Shown: piece by piece, positions 1 to 11,237 of the stretch
Position numbering within the stretch: position 1 is the stretch's first letter
Layout of the letters: each line of letters begins with the position of its first letter
Virus record (IMG/VR): IMGVR_UViG_3300038443_001555
DNA length: 64,000 bases
Source: an uncultured virus (IMG/VR IMGVR_UViG_3300038443_001555)
Lineage: Duplodnaviria > Heunggongvirae > Uroviricota > Caudoviricetes
Reading direction: 5' to 3' (one strand)
The notes under the pieces: model-generated
Database searches by the model: none
The model's input: only the letters and a program-made list of their open reading frames with translations
What the model was told of the DNA's origin: nothing
Made by a program: the position numbers and the translations under genes

Positions 1-90
1 GCGGCGTGCGCATGATGACCAGGGCCTGAGCGCGCGTCAGGCCGTAGTGCTCCATGACATGCTCGAGCACCTGGTGAACGGTGGGTTTGC

Positions 91-258
91 TCATAGCCCA
101 CTCCGCGCGACGCCATACCGGGTAGCGCCGCACTTACAGGCGTAGGCGCCTCGCCGGGAAAATTTGACCATGCCCGGTCGCGACGACGTCTTGAGGGTCA
201 CGTCCTTCTTCCATTCCCAGGTGTGCTTGGGGCCGAGGGTGCAGGGTTGGGTTTTCAT
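91..258 (-). CDS. small Cys-containing hypothetical protein (55 aa, MKTQPCTLGPKH...ACKCGATR)
   Basis: Read by hand; ATGA overlaps with both neighbours; below the ORF-track cutoff. Confidence 0.6.
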   Translation of the reverse strand: MKTQPCTLGPKHTWEWKKDVTLKTSSRPGMVKFSRRGAYACKCGATRYGVARSGL

Positions 259-1007
259 TGATCTCTCCATGGTAGTGTGGTTTCGTCGGCCGGCACCTTG
301 ACGGTGACGGAACCTTCATCAGCAGCGATGACCTGACCGCGCGTCGGCGGTATCTCGACATCGCCGTGTAGGCCCTTGACCCAAACAAAGTCGCCCAGGT
401 CTACTTCAGGCATCTCCGCGCGCGCCAACTGCAGCACACCGCGAACTTCAGTTGTGCCCAGCACCGGCTCGCTTTCGGCCAGCAGCAGGTTCGGCAGCGT
501 GCCAGGCGTGTGCAGGCGGCGCCAGTTCTCCTCGCGCATCCGGATCTTGTCCATCAGCGAGAGGTGGCCGGCTGCGTCGTTGCAAGTCCTGTGCGCCAGC
601 GCCATATTGGCGATGTGATCCGGGCCGCCGTGCGTGACAGCGACGAGGTGCTCGACCGACTCGTCGTCGATCGATACCTCGCGGTGGCAGAAGAAGCAAG
701 CGTCACCATCGCGCTGGCGCAGCGCCAGGCAGGTCGGCGTGGACTTGGTGCGCCGTGTCGTGCGCTCGGTACCACGCCAGCTGGCGTTCTTGCCGTTGGC
801 GTTGCGGTAGCCGTCGTAAGCCACAGCCGCCTCGCCAGTGAAGGTGAGGCTGCCGTTGCCCTTGCGGTAGACGATCGAGACGCCGCGGCCGGTACGAAAG
901 CGCAGCATCTCCCACTCATTGGTCGGCGCCAGCACCTCGGCGCCGCGCGCCAGCAGCCAGCCTTCGAAAGCTTCCTGACGCTTGGCGAATCGGTCGCGCT
1001 GGTTCAC
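255..1007 (-). CDS. HNH endonuclease domain protein
   Basis: RDGDACFFC...SVEHLVAVTHGGPDHIANMALAHRTCN is a McrA-type HNH motif; GTG start overlaps the upstream stop. Confidence 0.8.
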   Translation of the reverse strand: MNQRDRFAKRQEAFEGWLLARGAEVLAPTNEWEMLRFRTGRGVSIVYRKGNGSLTFTGEAAVAYDGYRNANGKNASWRGTERTTRRTKSTPTCLALRQRDGDACFFCHREVSIDDESVEHLVAVTHGGPDHIANMALAHRTCNDAAGHLSLMDKIRMREENWRRLHTPGTLPNLLLAESEPVLGTTEVRGVLQLARAEMPEVDLGDFVWVKGLHGDVEIPPTRGQVIAADEGSVTVKVPADETTLPWRDQ

Positions 1008-1324
1008 GACTTCTGCCCCAGCACTCCACGCAGAATTTCCGCCCACATGTAAAGCGGCGGCCAGCTGCCTGCGTTCGGGAAGCTCGACAGACCATCAGGT
1101 GCGCGGTCCCCATTCGGCTCGAATGTCCCATGAAGCACCTTACTGACTGCGGTTTCCAGCTCCTGGATGCGCCAGGCCATGGCCGACACGACATTGGAGT
1201 ACGCCAGGCTCTCCTGGGCCGCTGGCCAAGGATCGCCGTGGCGCATAAACCGCAAAGGTTGGCCGTGCTCCACGGTGATGGTGTATTTGCCACCGTCGAG
1301 CGAGATTACGTAAGGGTGGTGCAT
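1004..1324 (-). CDS. hypothetical protein
   Basis: AAGGAG SD; packed between neighbours. Confidence 0.65.
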   Translation of the reverse strand: MHHPYVISLDGGKYTITVEHGQPLRFMRHGDPWPAAQESLAYSNVVSAMAWRIQELETAVSKVLHGTFEPNGDRAPDGLSSFPNAGSWPPLYMWAEILRGVLGQKS

Positions 1325-1325
1325 A

Positions 1326-1733
1326 TCAGATCTCCTTCAAGTCTTTGAATCGCGGGATGTCATAGGTGTTCTCCGAGGTCGCTACAGGCCTGGGCATGGT
1401 TGGCTCCGGTCCCGGCGCTGCCACCGGGCGACGCTCCAGCGCCTGCTTCTTGTACTGCCGCGCAGTCTCAAGGCTCACGCCCAGGAGTGCGGCGATACCC
1501 TTCAACGTCGCCGTCGGGTACCGCTTCAGGTAGTCGCGGGTCAGCTCAACAGGATCCTCCACCGTCACGCCGTTGCGCACGCGCCGCAGCCACTCGTAGC
1601 CCTGGGTGCGAGACAGCCCGAGCTCATGGGCCATCTGGCCCCCGGTAATGCCCGGCCGGTCGATGACCAGCTGCCGCGCAAGTCTGAGCAGGAACCGGTA
1701 TTCCTGCGTGCGGTACTTGCCAGCCACGTTCAC
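1326..1733 (-). CDS. tandem HTH DNA-binding protein
   Basis: ITGGQMAHELGLSRTQGYEWLRR and ATLKGIAALLGVSLETARQYKK are two HTH-like motifs. Confidence 0.7.
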   Translation of the reverse strand: MNVAGKYRTQEYRFLLRLARQLVIDRPGITGGQMAHELGLSRTQGYEWLRRVRNGVTVEDPVELTRDYLKRYPTATLKGIAALLGVSLETARQYKKQALERRPVAAPGPEPTMPRPVATSENTYDIPRFKDLKEI

Positions 1734-2735
1734 ACCCCGTTGAGCGAGATGTCGGCTAAGGGCATGTCGAACTGCTCGCGCAGGCGCTGGTTCTCCAGCC
1801 GCAGCGCGCGCACGGTGTCGCTCTCGCGCACCTGCATCCAGAACAGCATGTGTTCGAGCTCACCGACCCGGTCAAGCAGCTTGGCCCGCACCTTGGCCAG
1901 CAGTGCCAGCTCGTGGGCCATCTCCTCCGGCGTGCGCGTCTCAAGCAGGTGTTCGGCAAGGGTCTTCATGCCTCGCCTCTTTCACGGTTGTCCAACAAGC
2001 CATCGCAGGCGAGGGCATGAAACACGCACTCGCCGAATTCACGAGCAGCCTGCCCATAGTTGAGACCCTTCTTGACCTGCAGGCCGTATTGCACGGTAAA
2101 GCGATCGATGCCAGTCTGAATGACCTTGACACCAGACGCGGCGCCCGGGCCACGATCAAACAGATGGATGCTAGGCGTAGTCGTTTTCATTGAAGCTCCC
2201 AGGTGTGCGGTAATAGAATTGGCGCCCGTCAAACAGCACCATCACGAGCTTGCCGTCCTTGGCCATGCGGCGCGTCAGCTTGCGCAGCTTCTCGTGGCTG
2301 TCGCGGTACTTGTGGACCACAAGTTCGCGCTGACGCGCAACTATCAGGACCTCCTCCTCGGTCAGGTCGCCGGCGTGGTGCCGGCGACGCACGACCGAAG
2401 CGGCGGTGTCGAATGGGTTGACCATGTCAGGTCCTGTTCTCGATCGCCAGCAGCTGCTGGGCCTTCGCTTCCAGCGCTGTGCACTCGGCCGTCGCCTTGG
2501 CCCGGATCTCTTTCGCTTTCTGGCGCAGCGCCAGCACGGCGTTGCCGATGATTTCGTCCGGCGGCACGATCTCGACGTCGACTTCGACGGTGCCGACCCG
2601 GACATGGCCGATGCTGCTCATGTCGGTCTGGGTGAAGGACAGGTAGGGCGCGACCTTTTCGATGTTGCCCAGGTCTTCACGCTTGAGGGTGGTCAGGTAG
2701 TACTCGGGGATGGCTGCAATCAGGGTGATTTTCAT
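1730..2735 (-). CDS. four small coupled hypothetical genes (1730-1969, 1966-2190, 2171-2425, 2427-2735)
   Basis: Abutting or overlapping ORFs with SD-like motifs, same strand as the array. Confidence 0.6.
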
Positions 2736-2755
2736 GTCTATTCCTTGGTAGGTGA

Positions 2756-3553
2756 TTACGATTTGTCTGCGGCATCCAGGATCCGCAGGAGGTCTTGCCG
2801 CAGGTCGCCAGTCATCGGCCCACAGGCTTCCAGCGCTGGGTCGTCCCACACGCCCTGGATGCGCGCCCTTGCTGCGGCAATGCGAGCTTCGTGGGTGTGA
2901 GCGGGCAACGGCGCGCGGGCTACTTCCGCGAATTTCCGCAGTTGCTTGTACGTCATACACACCTTGAGGCCGTCGGGCGTTTCAATGGTCGTGGCATCCG
3001 GTGGCAGCATGTTCGCCAAGGTTTCGCCATTCAGCAGTGCACCCTCCCTGCTGTGTGCTGGGACAAGGGCTACAACGTCACGGGCAAATGCGCGGTAATC
3101 CTCGACGCCTCCCATCCCGGCATACTTGCGCGCTACAGCGTCAATCTGCTCGTCGGTCAGCGGTGCACGGGCAAGGGCTGCGCTGATTGCCGTGTTCACG
3201 ATGTCATATGTGGTGTCCTTTCCCGACTGGCGGCACTGGTACACGATGTCGTCGATTTCGGATTTCGACAGCGGGGCTTGTGGTGCGCCCTGCTGCGGAG
3301 ACCAATGGTTCGATTCCACTTCCCAGCCTGACGTATCAAGCGCCTCCCGGCTGGGTTGCGTCCCTTCTGTCCGTTGTGATGGGGCGCGGGCAATAGCTGC
3401 GCGGCGAGCGCGCTCCATCCATGCGTCGTGCGCAGCAGCACGGCATGCGTCGATCAATTGCCGCTCCTCACTGCCATCGCACGAAAGCGTCATGCAGAAG
3501 TAGTTTTCGAAGTCTTCTGATTCGCTCGCGCTTGCCGTGGTGTCGTTACTCAT
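2756..3553 (-). CDS. mosaic multi-module hypothetical protein
   Basis: Start MSNDTTASAS after GAGGA SD; short modules joined by Ala/Pro linkers. Confidence 0.7.
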   Translation of the reverse strand: MSNDTTASASESEDFENYFCMTLSCDGSEERQLIDACRAAAHDAWMERARRAAIARAPSQRTEGTQPSREALDTSGWEVESNHWSPQQGAPQAPLSKSEIDDIVYQCRQSGKDTTYDIVNTAISAALARAPLTDEQIDAVARKYAGMGGVEDYRAFARDVVALVPAHSREGALLNGETLANMLPPDATTIETPDGLKVCMTYKQLRKFAEVARAPLPAHTHEARIAAARARIQGVWDDPALEACGPMTGDLRQDLLRILDAADKS

Positions 3554-3797
3554 GGTTCGTTCCTCTTGGTTTATCGTCACGGCGCCACAGCACGAGCCGG
3601 AACCCGGTGCGCTTCGCTTGAATGCAGAATTTTGCGCGGTATCGCTTCGGCCCTGGCTCCCAGCCCTCGAAGCGATACAGGCCCGAGTCGCCGCCAGAGA
3701 TACGGCCACGTAAGTAGATGCGCTCAAACCAGTTCGCGCGAACGTAGCCGTAGCTATGGCCGGGCGTACCTGGCGCACGGAATCGGAATATTTTCAT
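3546..3797 (-). CDS. hypothetical protein
   Basis: ATGA coupling to upstream gene. Confidence 0.55.
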   Translation of the reverse strand: MKIFRFRAPGTPGHSYGYVRANWFERIYLRGRISGGDSGLYRFEGWEPGPKRYRAKFCIQAKRTGFRLVLWRRDDKPRGTNHE

Positions 3798-5212
3798 AGT
3801 TCGCGCGTGCCGCTATCGGTGGTTTGCGCTGCACCAGGGGCGGCGAAATTGGGTCGCGCGTCGTAGACCAATAGGGTGACGCCGTTCTTGTCGTGGTCGT
3901 CGTCCATGACCTCGTTGATGACGCCGAAATAACGATGGCCTGCATCGTGGTCGCCGGTGCTTACGTCCATCGACACTGACATGCCTTCGATGAAATCGCG
4001 CAGTGCGCCGACCATGCGCCCGTCGCGGTCAAGCCACTCGGCAGGCAGTGCGGGCTGGGCAGCTTGTACAGGGGCGCGGCGGTTGACCGACTGAACAAGG
4101 AATTCAGCAAATGCTTCGGCAGCTTTCCTCTCTTGCGCAAGCCCGTCCGTGTCCTTCAGCGAGCGCTGCGTATGGGTGTTGAATTCCATGACGACCTCGC
4201 CGTCAGCATCAAGGATGCTCACCACGTCACGGTGGTCAGTTGCCCACTTGAAAGGGAGAATGTAGCCGTAGCCGGGAGCCTCACCGCTCGCGCTTGCCGT
4301 GGTGGCCGCTTGGGGTGCGCGTTCCATGCGTGCAGCAAAATCATCGGGCGTGCGGTGGTAAAGCTGGCCGATTGTCGTGTCGCGGTAGATGGTGAGGTCG
4401 CACACAAGCACGTCGCGCATTGTGCCAGCGCCCTTGGCCGTGCCCAGCAGTTCATATTCGCCGCCCTTGCCGATGCAGGTATAGAGTTCGGCCTGCTGGC
4501 TTACCGCTTGGGGTGCGGTAGGGGTGAGGGATGCGCGGACAGCCTGATTTAGGACAGCGGCAAGTTGTGCGCGCCACTCGTCGGTGTGTGGCTTAGGTGG
4601 CTCTTGGTCGTAAATAAAACGGTCGAGTGCCGTTTCATCGGAGGTGCCCACGCGGTTGGCAGCTTCCAGATAGCTAGGAATCTCGCCCACCTGTCCGGCG
4701 CTCGGCTGGTCAGTAGATGCGAGGTATGCCGGGACGTTCCATTCGGCGTCGCGCGCTTTAGACGCAACGACAGTCTTGCCCGGCATGGTGCCGTCGATGT
4801 CACACAGGCGCACGTACAGGGCGGGTGCTTCGGGCGCGGCTTGCTGGGTGAGTGCGGCGATACGTTGCGCGAGCACTTCCTCGCCACTCAGCGGAGGTGC
4901 TTTCAAGAACTCGGCAACAACCGGCGCGTGAAGATCGGGGTGCGTAAGCATCATGCGCAGATGCCCGAGCGCCTGCATGCGGTGGCCGTCGAATTGAAGC
5001 GCGAGACGCCGCCAGCTATCCTCGGCGCTCTCTTCCTCATCGTCCGCCTGCTCGGTTACGTGCGGCTCGGCGCGGCGGGCGATGGCATCAGCGATCTTGT
5101 GCGCAAGATCGATCGATCCAGCGTTCTTGACGACGCCGTGAATATCCCAAAGCGTTTCATTGTCCAGGTCTACGCCTGCGGTTGCGCCAGTAGGGGTGGC
5201 GGGGTTAGTCAT
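3794..5212 (-). CDS. mosaic multi-module hypothetical protein (472 aa)
   Basis: Long ORF with AAAGGA SD; shares AGVDLD, AAPEA and ATTASAS linkers with 18052-18615. Confidence 0.75.
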   Translation of the reverse strand: MTNPATPTGATAGVDLDNETLWDIHGVVKNAGSIDLAHKIADAIARRAEPHVTEQADDEEESAEDSWRRLALQFDGHRMQALGHLRMMLTHPDLHAPVVAEFLKAPPLSGEEVLAQRIAALTQQAAPEAPALYVRLCDIDGTMPGKTVVASKARDAEWNVPAYLASTDQPSAGQVGEIPSYLEAANRVGTSDETALDRFIYDQEPPKPHTDEWRAQLAAVLNQAVRASLTPTAPQAVSQQAELYTCIGKGGEYELLGTAKGAGTMRDVLVCDLTIYRDTTIGQLYHRTPDDFAARMERAPQAATTASASGEAPGYGYILPFKWATDHRDVVSILDADGEVVMEFNTHTQRSLKDTDGLAQERKAAEAFAEFLVQSVNRRAPVQAAQPALPAEWLDRDGRMVGALRDFIEGMSVSMDVSTGDHDAGHRYFGVINEVMDDDHDKNGVTLLVYDARPNFAAPGAAQTTDSGTREL

Positions 5213-5399
5213 TGGTCTGTCCTTTCTCGGCGATCTTGGCCAGGTGTTGTTCTTCCTGCTCGCGCACGTTGGTATGCTGGCAGTCCTCGTAGGCGTATTC
5301 CGCCCTGCCTTCCCACCCGCACGAGCACCTAGGGCGAATCCAGCTCGTCATCCCTTGTCCGCCCGTGTCGCGGGACATCTTGTGATCAATCCTGCCCAT
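5205..5399 (-). CDS. small Cys/His hypothetical protein
   Basis: RCSCGWEG motif; coupled to neighbours. Confidence 0.55.
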   Translation of the reverse strand: MGRIDHKMSRDTGGQGMTSWIRPRCSCGWEGRAEYAYEDCQHTNVREQEEQHLAKIAEKGQTND

Positions 5400-5746
5400 C
5401 ACATTACCTCCTCCTTGATCGAAAGTTCGTCTTCGTCCAGCTCGAAGTAGTCGAGCGAGTTCAGCCACCAGCCGTGGCTGCCGTCCATCGGGTACCAGCC
5501 TTCTTCCTCGCCGCGACGCAGCCGGCCTTCCGGATCGAGATCGGTGATGGTCATGGTGAAGGCGCGGAGCGCAAGCATGCGCAGCACGGCGTCCGTGACA
5601 TCGCTGTTGGATTTGGCCAGGCGCTCTTCGGCGCCGGACCAGAAGTTGTTCATCTCGTGGAGCTTCTCGTCCGTCATGACGCTGTGGTCGATGGTGACGA
5701 CCATGTCGAAAGTCCAGGCGTAGGTGACGGTGTAGCGCTTTTTCAT
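5399..5746 (-). CDS. DUF2528-like phage protein
   Basis: IDHSVMTDEKLHEMNNFWSGAEERL...GWYPMDGSHG resembles DUF2528 (recognition from memory). Confidence 0.65.
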   Translation of the reverse strand: MKKRYTVTYAWTFDMVVTIDHSVMTDEKLHEMNNFWSGAEERLAKSNSDVTDAVLRMLALRAFTMTITDLDPEGRLRRGEEEGWYPMDGSHGWWLNSLDYFELDEDELSIKEEVM

Positions 5747-6282
5747 TTTTCGATTCCTAGGTATTCGCGCCACGGGACTTTCTTGCCATCGACAAGGAAG
5801 CCCCAGGTGCCGCGATATTTGAAGGTGATGAACAAGGTCCAGACACCGCCCGGGCTGACCTCGGTGATCTTGTGGAACTCGCCGAAATGCAAGGGCGCGG
5901 TGTCACTGGCACGCCGTCCGTACCTGACGATAGAGGAGGTGACCGGCATCGTCGCCCAGTCCAGCCCTGGGCAGGGCCCATGATGCACGAGCCGGTCCTC
6001 GTTGTACCAGCCGCGCAGGATCACAGTACGCGCGTCCCAGGGATGATCGTGCAGGTGGCGGTCCTGGTCCTCGCGCAGGATCTTGTGCAGACGGATCGAG
6101 GGCATCCAGTCACCCCAGCGCCGCGAGCAGCCGTCGCTCGCTGCCGGATACGGGTTGAACAGCCAGTAGCGTTCCATGTAGACGGTGCCGTCGGCGCCGA
6201 CGATATGAAAGTATGGCGTCTTCGTGGCGCGCCGGATCAGCCAGTCGACGATGCGTGGGTGGGCAAGGATTTTCGTGATCAC
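5743..6282 (-). CDS. conserved phage cupin-like protein
   Basis: YMERYWLF...IRLHKILREDQDRHLHDHPW...FHKITEV...WTLFIT: HxH/H cupin-like metal motif. Confidence 0.7.
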   Translation of the reverse strand: MITKILAHPRIVDWLIRRATKTPYFHIVGADGTVYMERYWLFNPYPAASDGCSRRWGDWMPSIRLHKILREDQDRHLHDHPWDARTVILRGWYNEDRLVHHGPCPGLDWATMPVTSSIVRYGRRASDTAPLHFGEFHKITEVSPGGVWTLFITFKYRGTWGFLVDGKKVPWREYLGIEK

Positions 6283-7849
6283 TGCTGGCCCTCCTTCACG
6301 CCGTAGCCCTGCAGTACGACCTCGCGCCGCACCTCGACCGGCACCCAGCGGATCTTGCGCGCAGCAAGCTCTGCCGCCTCCTTGCGGTCGCCGGGCCGCG
6401 GCCCGGGCTGGTTGCGCACGGTGGCATCGTCGATGTCGGCCACCTCACTGATGAAGACGTGGTGGCCGGTGTGGGTCTGCTGGCTGTTGATGTACAAGAA
6501 GGCGCCGTCTGGCGTAACGGCTACGAAGCCGCGGGTGGTTTTCATCGTGCCTTCTCCACATCGAAAGTCTTCAGCCCGCACAGCTGCAGCATGTCTTCCG
6601 GGCTAACGGCGGCACGTTCGAGCAGCGCGCCAACGATGTCAGCCAACACTTCACTGGGCTCCTTGGCCACCCGATACCGAACAGCGAAATCGATGGCGTC
6701 GCGGCCGCAGCCGACATAGCCGACCCGCTCGTAACCGTTGTCGGTGTAGTTGAGAATATGAAAATCAGGCGTCATGCTAGATACCCTCCTCGTCATCGAC
6801 ATGCCCGCCAAGTCGCGAGCCGCCCGAATCGAGCACGTCGCAGCCAGCTAGGCTACCCGGGTCGAGCACCATGACCAGGCACTTGTTGATGTCGATCTTG
6901 CCGTCAGCATCGAAAAAGTCTTCGCGCGCCAGCCCATCACCGCAGTCCGGATGAAGCAGCGCAGCGGCCAGCAGCTGCTCAGGGTCGTGCACACGCACGG
7001 CAAGAGTGAAGTCCCATATTTCAGTGGTCATGCTTGGTCTCCTGGTTGTGCCGGCGCGCGAGGAAGTCCACGCGCGCCTTGGCGATCGACAGGCCATCCG
7101 CGGTGAGCCGGTAGCTGCTGTCCTCGGTTGAATGGGTGATGCCGGCCCGGTACACGGTGTAGCAGGCGTGCTTGATGTCGCGGTAGACCCAGAACTGGCC
7201 GACCTCGTAGACGATGTCGGCTTCCTTCATGGCCGCACCCAATACAGGGTGTTGAGCAGGGATTTCAGGTCCTGCATGCTGGCCGGTCGCGGTGTGAGGC
7301 CATCGCGCACCGGATCGCCCAGCTCGAGCGTGGCCACTTCCTCGGCCAGCAGCTCCTCCTGCTGTTCGTTCAAGCCATTCGGCGCGATCTCGCTGGCCAG
7401 GTCATCCAGAGCCTCTCGTGCAGCACGTTGCGCATCAACGGCCCTCTGAAGGGCCTGCAGCAGCCTTTCGCTGGCCGGCTTCACGACTGCACCTCGTGCG
7501 CGTTGTCCACCATGTCCTCAGGCAGCGGGATCAGGCCGGCGTCGATCGATGCTTCGATGATGGCGCGGATGTGGTCGGGCTCTTCGACTTCGTGCCAGCG
7601 TTTCCACGCTTCCCGGTTCTCTGACGTGTTGTTCTCGCCCTGCAGGTAAGGCGGATGCTGGTCGAGCAGACAGGCCAAGTCCAGATCGCGCACATCGAAC
7701 GGGTGCATGTCCGTGTTCGAGTAGAGCGTGAAATGATAGCGATTGCGGCCTCGGTCCATATCGTCGTCCTCGTAGGTGTAGAAGACGTTGACGCCGGCGT
7801 GCGTGGTAAAGAAAAGCTCAGGCGCAACCCAGGCAGTGGAAGTGGGCAT
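6279..7849 (-). CDS. six small coupled hypothetical genes (approx. 6279-6545, 6542-6775, 6777-7030, 7021-7230, 7227-7484, 7481-7849)
   Basis: Chain of stop/start-overlapping ORFs. Confidence 0.6.
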
Positions 7850-7850
7850 G

Positions 7851-8156
7851 TCAGGCTCCTTTCATTTTCTCGACATCAGCGAATCGAGGCAAGAAGCAGC
7901 CGCCGAGCTTACCGGTCGTACGATCGATGTGGCGACGGATGCCGCAGATGTCATGCGCGAAGTTGCCCTCGTCGGCCATCAGCAAGTCACGCAGCTTCAG
8001 GGGCATGCCTTGCGCGATGCACGCCGACAGGTCCATCGTGGTGTCGAGCACGGTCTGCTCGATTTTGTGCGGCTTGAAAATCTCGGCGTCAGCACGCCAA
8101 GCGATCTTGATGATCAGGTCGCGCTCTTCGTCGGTGACTTTGAATGAGACGGGCAT
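7851..8156 (-). CDS. DUF6874-like phage protein
   Basis: MDLSAC...PLKLRDLLMADEGNFAHDICGIRRHIDRTTGKLGGCFLPRFA. Confidence 0.65.
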   Translation of the reverse strand: MPVSFKVTDEERDLIIKIAWRADAEIFKPHKIEQTVLDTTMDLSACIAQGMPLKLRDLLMADEGNFAHDICGIRRHIDRTTGKLGGCFLPRFADVEKMKGA

Positions 8157-8157
8157 G

Positions 8158-10584
8158 TCAGTTCCTTTTATAGATGTGGAGGTCGACCAGGTAGGTCAGA
8201 GTGGCAAGGTGGTCGAGCATCGCCTGCGCCGACTTGAAGTTGCCGGGCGCAGCGTAGACGCCGTCGACCGTCTGGACGACGAACGGCCCGACCTTGGCGC
8301 CCAGCTGGCCGCTCATGCCGGCGCTGCGCAGGCTCTCGAGCCGGTCGTGCACGGCTTTCGTGATGGCGGCCATGTCAGAATCCCTCCGCCAGCAGGCGCG
8401 CCACGGCGCGGCCGCGCTGGTAGATGGTGTCAAAGTCGACACCACGGGTCTCGTAGCTGCGCGGCCCTGCATTATCGAAGCCGCGCTGCCAGTCGTCGCG
8501 CGCGCCCGGCGTGCAAAAGGGATTGAGGTCGATGCCGTGTTCGCGATGGCGCGCGATGTCCTCGCGCGCCGCCTTGTCGGCCCAGACGAGGACTTCTTCG
8601 GGCGTATTGAAGCGGCTCATGTCAGGCTCCTTTGAATTTGTTGAGGGCGGCCATCAGACGCCCGTACTTGCTGAAAAATTCAGCGCTGCCACCGGCGATC
8701 CGACAGGCCTCGGCCGCATCCACAAGTTCGGCCAGCGCTGGCAGGCGGCGCAGGGTGTGCAGATGGTGATTGATCACGTTGACGGCGGCGGCGCCGTCGA
8801 TCGGGTCGCCGCCGCCGAAGCCGAGCTCCTCAAGCTCGGTCACGAGGCCGTTGGCCTGGGCATCGGCGAGGCATTCAGCGGTCGTCATCGCGCGGCTCGC
8901 CATCGTACTCGATCCGATTCCAGCACCAACTGCCGGCACCGACGCCCCAAGCCTGCGAGCCATCGGGCATGGTAACCGGCTTGTAGTGGTAGCCCTCGTC
9001 CTCCGGATCGTCCGTGATCTCGAAGACCTTGTCGCCGTCCCAGGAGAGTCGCGCCAGACCCTCGCCACTGAACATTGCGATCAGCTTCTCGACCTCAGGC
9101 CGATTGAAGTAGGGCATGGACCAGCCGTTCCACAGGCTACCGTCCGACCAGCAGGGCAGTGGCTTCTCGCCTTCCATCCAGTCGCCATCGACGACGCCGC
9201 GGCGCCAGACCTTCTCCGGCGCCGGCTTGAACTCGGCATGGAACTTCGCATGCGACATGCTGTACTCGAAGCCGCCGCCGGACGGGTAGAAGCGGACCGG
9301 ATCCGCGCTGGCGTCGCTGGTCGCGACGCGGTCGCCACGGCTGTTAGCGTACTCAGTTTCGGTGATCATATCAGGCTCCCTTCAGGCTCTGCTCGATGAC
9401 ATCGAGGCGCGCCGACAGCAGGCCCCACTGCGCCTTCGTGATCAGGCCGTGCAAGCAGGCGTCGCGGGCGTTAGCCCGGATGCGCGCGACTTCTTCCAGC
9501 TGGGCGTCCGGCTCGGTGGTGGGCACGAGGCTGATGATGCGCTCGAACTCCTGGGCGTTCACGTCGTGCCCAGCCTGAGTGATCGCCGGTACCACGGCCG
9601 GCGCCGGCGGATCGGTGACCCACTTGCCGCTGGCCTCGTCCTGGATGCAGAGGCGCTGATCGCCTTCGATCGAGCGCATCGCGGCCTGGAAGTCGCGGTA
9701 GGTGTGGACGGTTTGGCCGTTCAAGTCGACGATGGGGTAAAGAAGCCCTCTTCCATCGTCGGGTTGGGAGATGATCATGCTGATTCCTTTCTGATGTGTT
9801 GATAGGCGAGGCGCAAGGCCTCGGTCCAGCTGCAGCGCAGCTGCTCCTGGATGCGGCGCGCCTCCTTGATCTCGTGCTGCGCGATGTCGGCCAGCGCGCG
9901 GCGCTCAAGCTCGAGACTTTGGGCGCCGGCGGTGGCGTGGGCGAGGATGCTCATTCGGTAACTCCCATCTCGCGGGCCCGGCGATCACGACGAACTGCAA
10001 GTTCATGCCTGCAGATTGGGCAGTTCGGTAGCTGGCCGCCGTCGTGGCTGCCGACATACGCAGGCTTGTCAAGTGCGCGAGCCAGCCGACCACACAGCGA
10101 CGTTTCGTCGTGACGCATGATGACGTGGCGATCGCTGCCGGGCAGCTGGGCAACATCCCAGTACAGGCCATCACCCCATGTCGAGATGAGCTTGCTCATG
10201 ACTGGACCCTCCCGTCGTCGTGCAGCAGGCTGCCGATGAAGGTATTCAGGCGCCTCCTCGCGACGCGCAGCTGCTCGTCGTAGTCGGTGAAAGCCTGGGC
10301 CCGGTCGCTGCCCTTCCAGCTGTGCTCGACCTCGGCTTTAACAAGGTCACGGATGCGCTTTCTGAGCTCCTGCGCCTGCCTAGTGGTGATGGTCATTCTT
10401 CAGGCCCCAAAAGTTCGTGCACCCGGGTCTCGATCGCCCGCTCGGCGTTGCGGATGGTAGACACCGCGGCGGCGATGTCCGGATCTTCCAACAGCTTGGG
10501 CAGGCACTCGCGCAGCGGCGCCACATAGCCGCAGTACTTGTGCTTGGCATAGCGCCAGGCGTCGATGGTGTAGGGTCCGCTCAT
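8158..10584 (-). CDS. nine small coupled hypothetical genes (approx. 8158-8373, 8375-8620, 8622-8888, 8875-9369, 9371-9778, 9775-9954, 9951-10199, 10196-10396, 10393-10584)
   Basis: Contiguous ORF chain with AAGGAG-type SDs and TGA-N-ATG or ATGA junctions. Confidence 0.6.
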
Positions 10585-11237
10585 GGCTTGACCTCCGGCG
10601 CCAAGTCGCCCCAGGTCTGCTCGGCTGCACGCCAGCCCTGCAGCATCTCGAGGCGATCGGAGATACTGGCCGTCGGCCACCACGACCTGTCCTGTGTACC
10701 GGAAAAATGAAGTCCGGCCACGTCGCCGGTCGTGATGCCGACCTGGTCCATCACACTGCGCACCGCCTCGTCGAGGTCGTCGATTTGTGCCGCGGCGTCC
10801 AGCATGGCGTCGGTGATGGCGTCGCCGGCGCGCGCGGGCGCATCTTCTTCCTCGGCGGCGGCCGCCACATCATCGTCGCCGACCCAAATCCAGGCCATGA
10901 CGTAGGCGCCCGAGTCACTGCCCTTGGAGACGAAGGTGTGCTGGTCGACTTCCATCTCGCCATCGCGCTGGCGGCCTTGCAGGTAAGCCACGTACGGGTC
11001 GTTGGAATCGCTGCCGATGATCTGGGCGGTCTGGCCGACATCGAGGCCTGAGTGATTCAGGCTCTCGCACAGCTGGTCGATCTGCTTAGCATCGAGCGGC
11101 TCGATGGTGCCGTAGTTGGTGGCAATCTCGCGCAGGTTGATCGGCAACGGTAAATTCAACTGCGCCTGGTAGGCGCGCAGCGCAGCCAGCACGGTGGCGT
11201 GCTCGGCGTCGGTGAGGGCGTAGAGTACTTGGGTCAT
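10581..11237 (-). CDS. acidic multi-module hypothetical protein
   Basis: AGGAGGAG SD; ATGA coupling. Confidence 0.65.
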   Translation of the reverse strand: MTQVLYALTDAEHATVLAALRAYQAQLNLPLPINLREIATNYGTIEPLDAKQIDQLCESLNHSGLDVGQTAQIIGSDSNDPYVAYLQGRQRDGEMEVDQHTFVSKGSDSGAYVMAWIWVGDDDVAAAAEEEDAPARAGDAITDAMLDAAAQIDDLDEAVRSVMDQVGITTGDVAGLHFSGTQDRSWWPTASISDRLEMLQGWRAAEQTWGDLAPEVKP

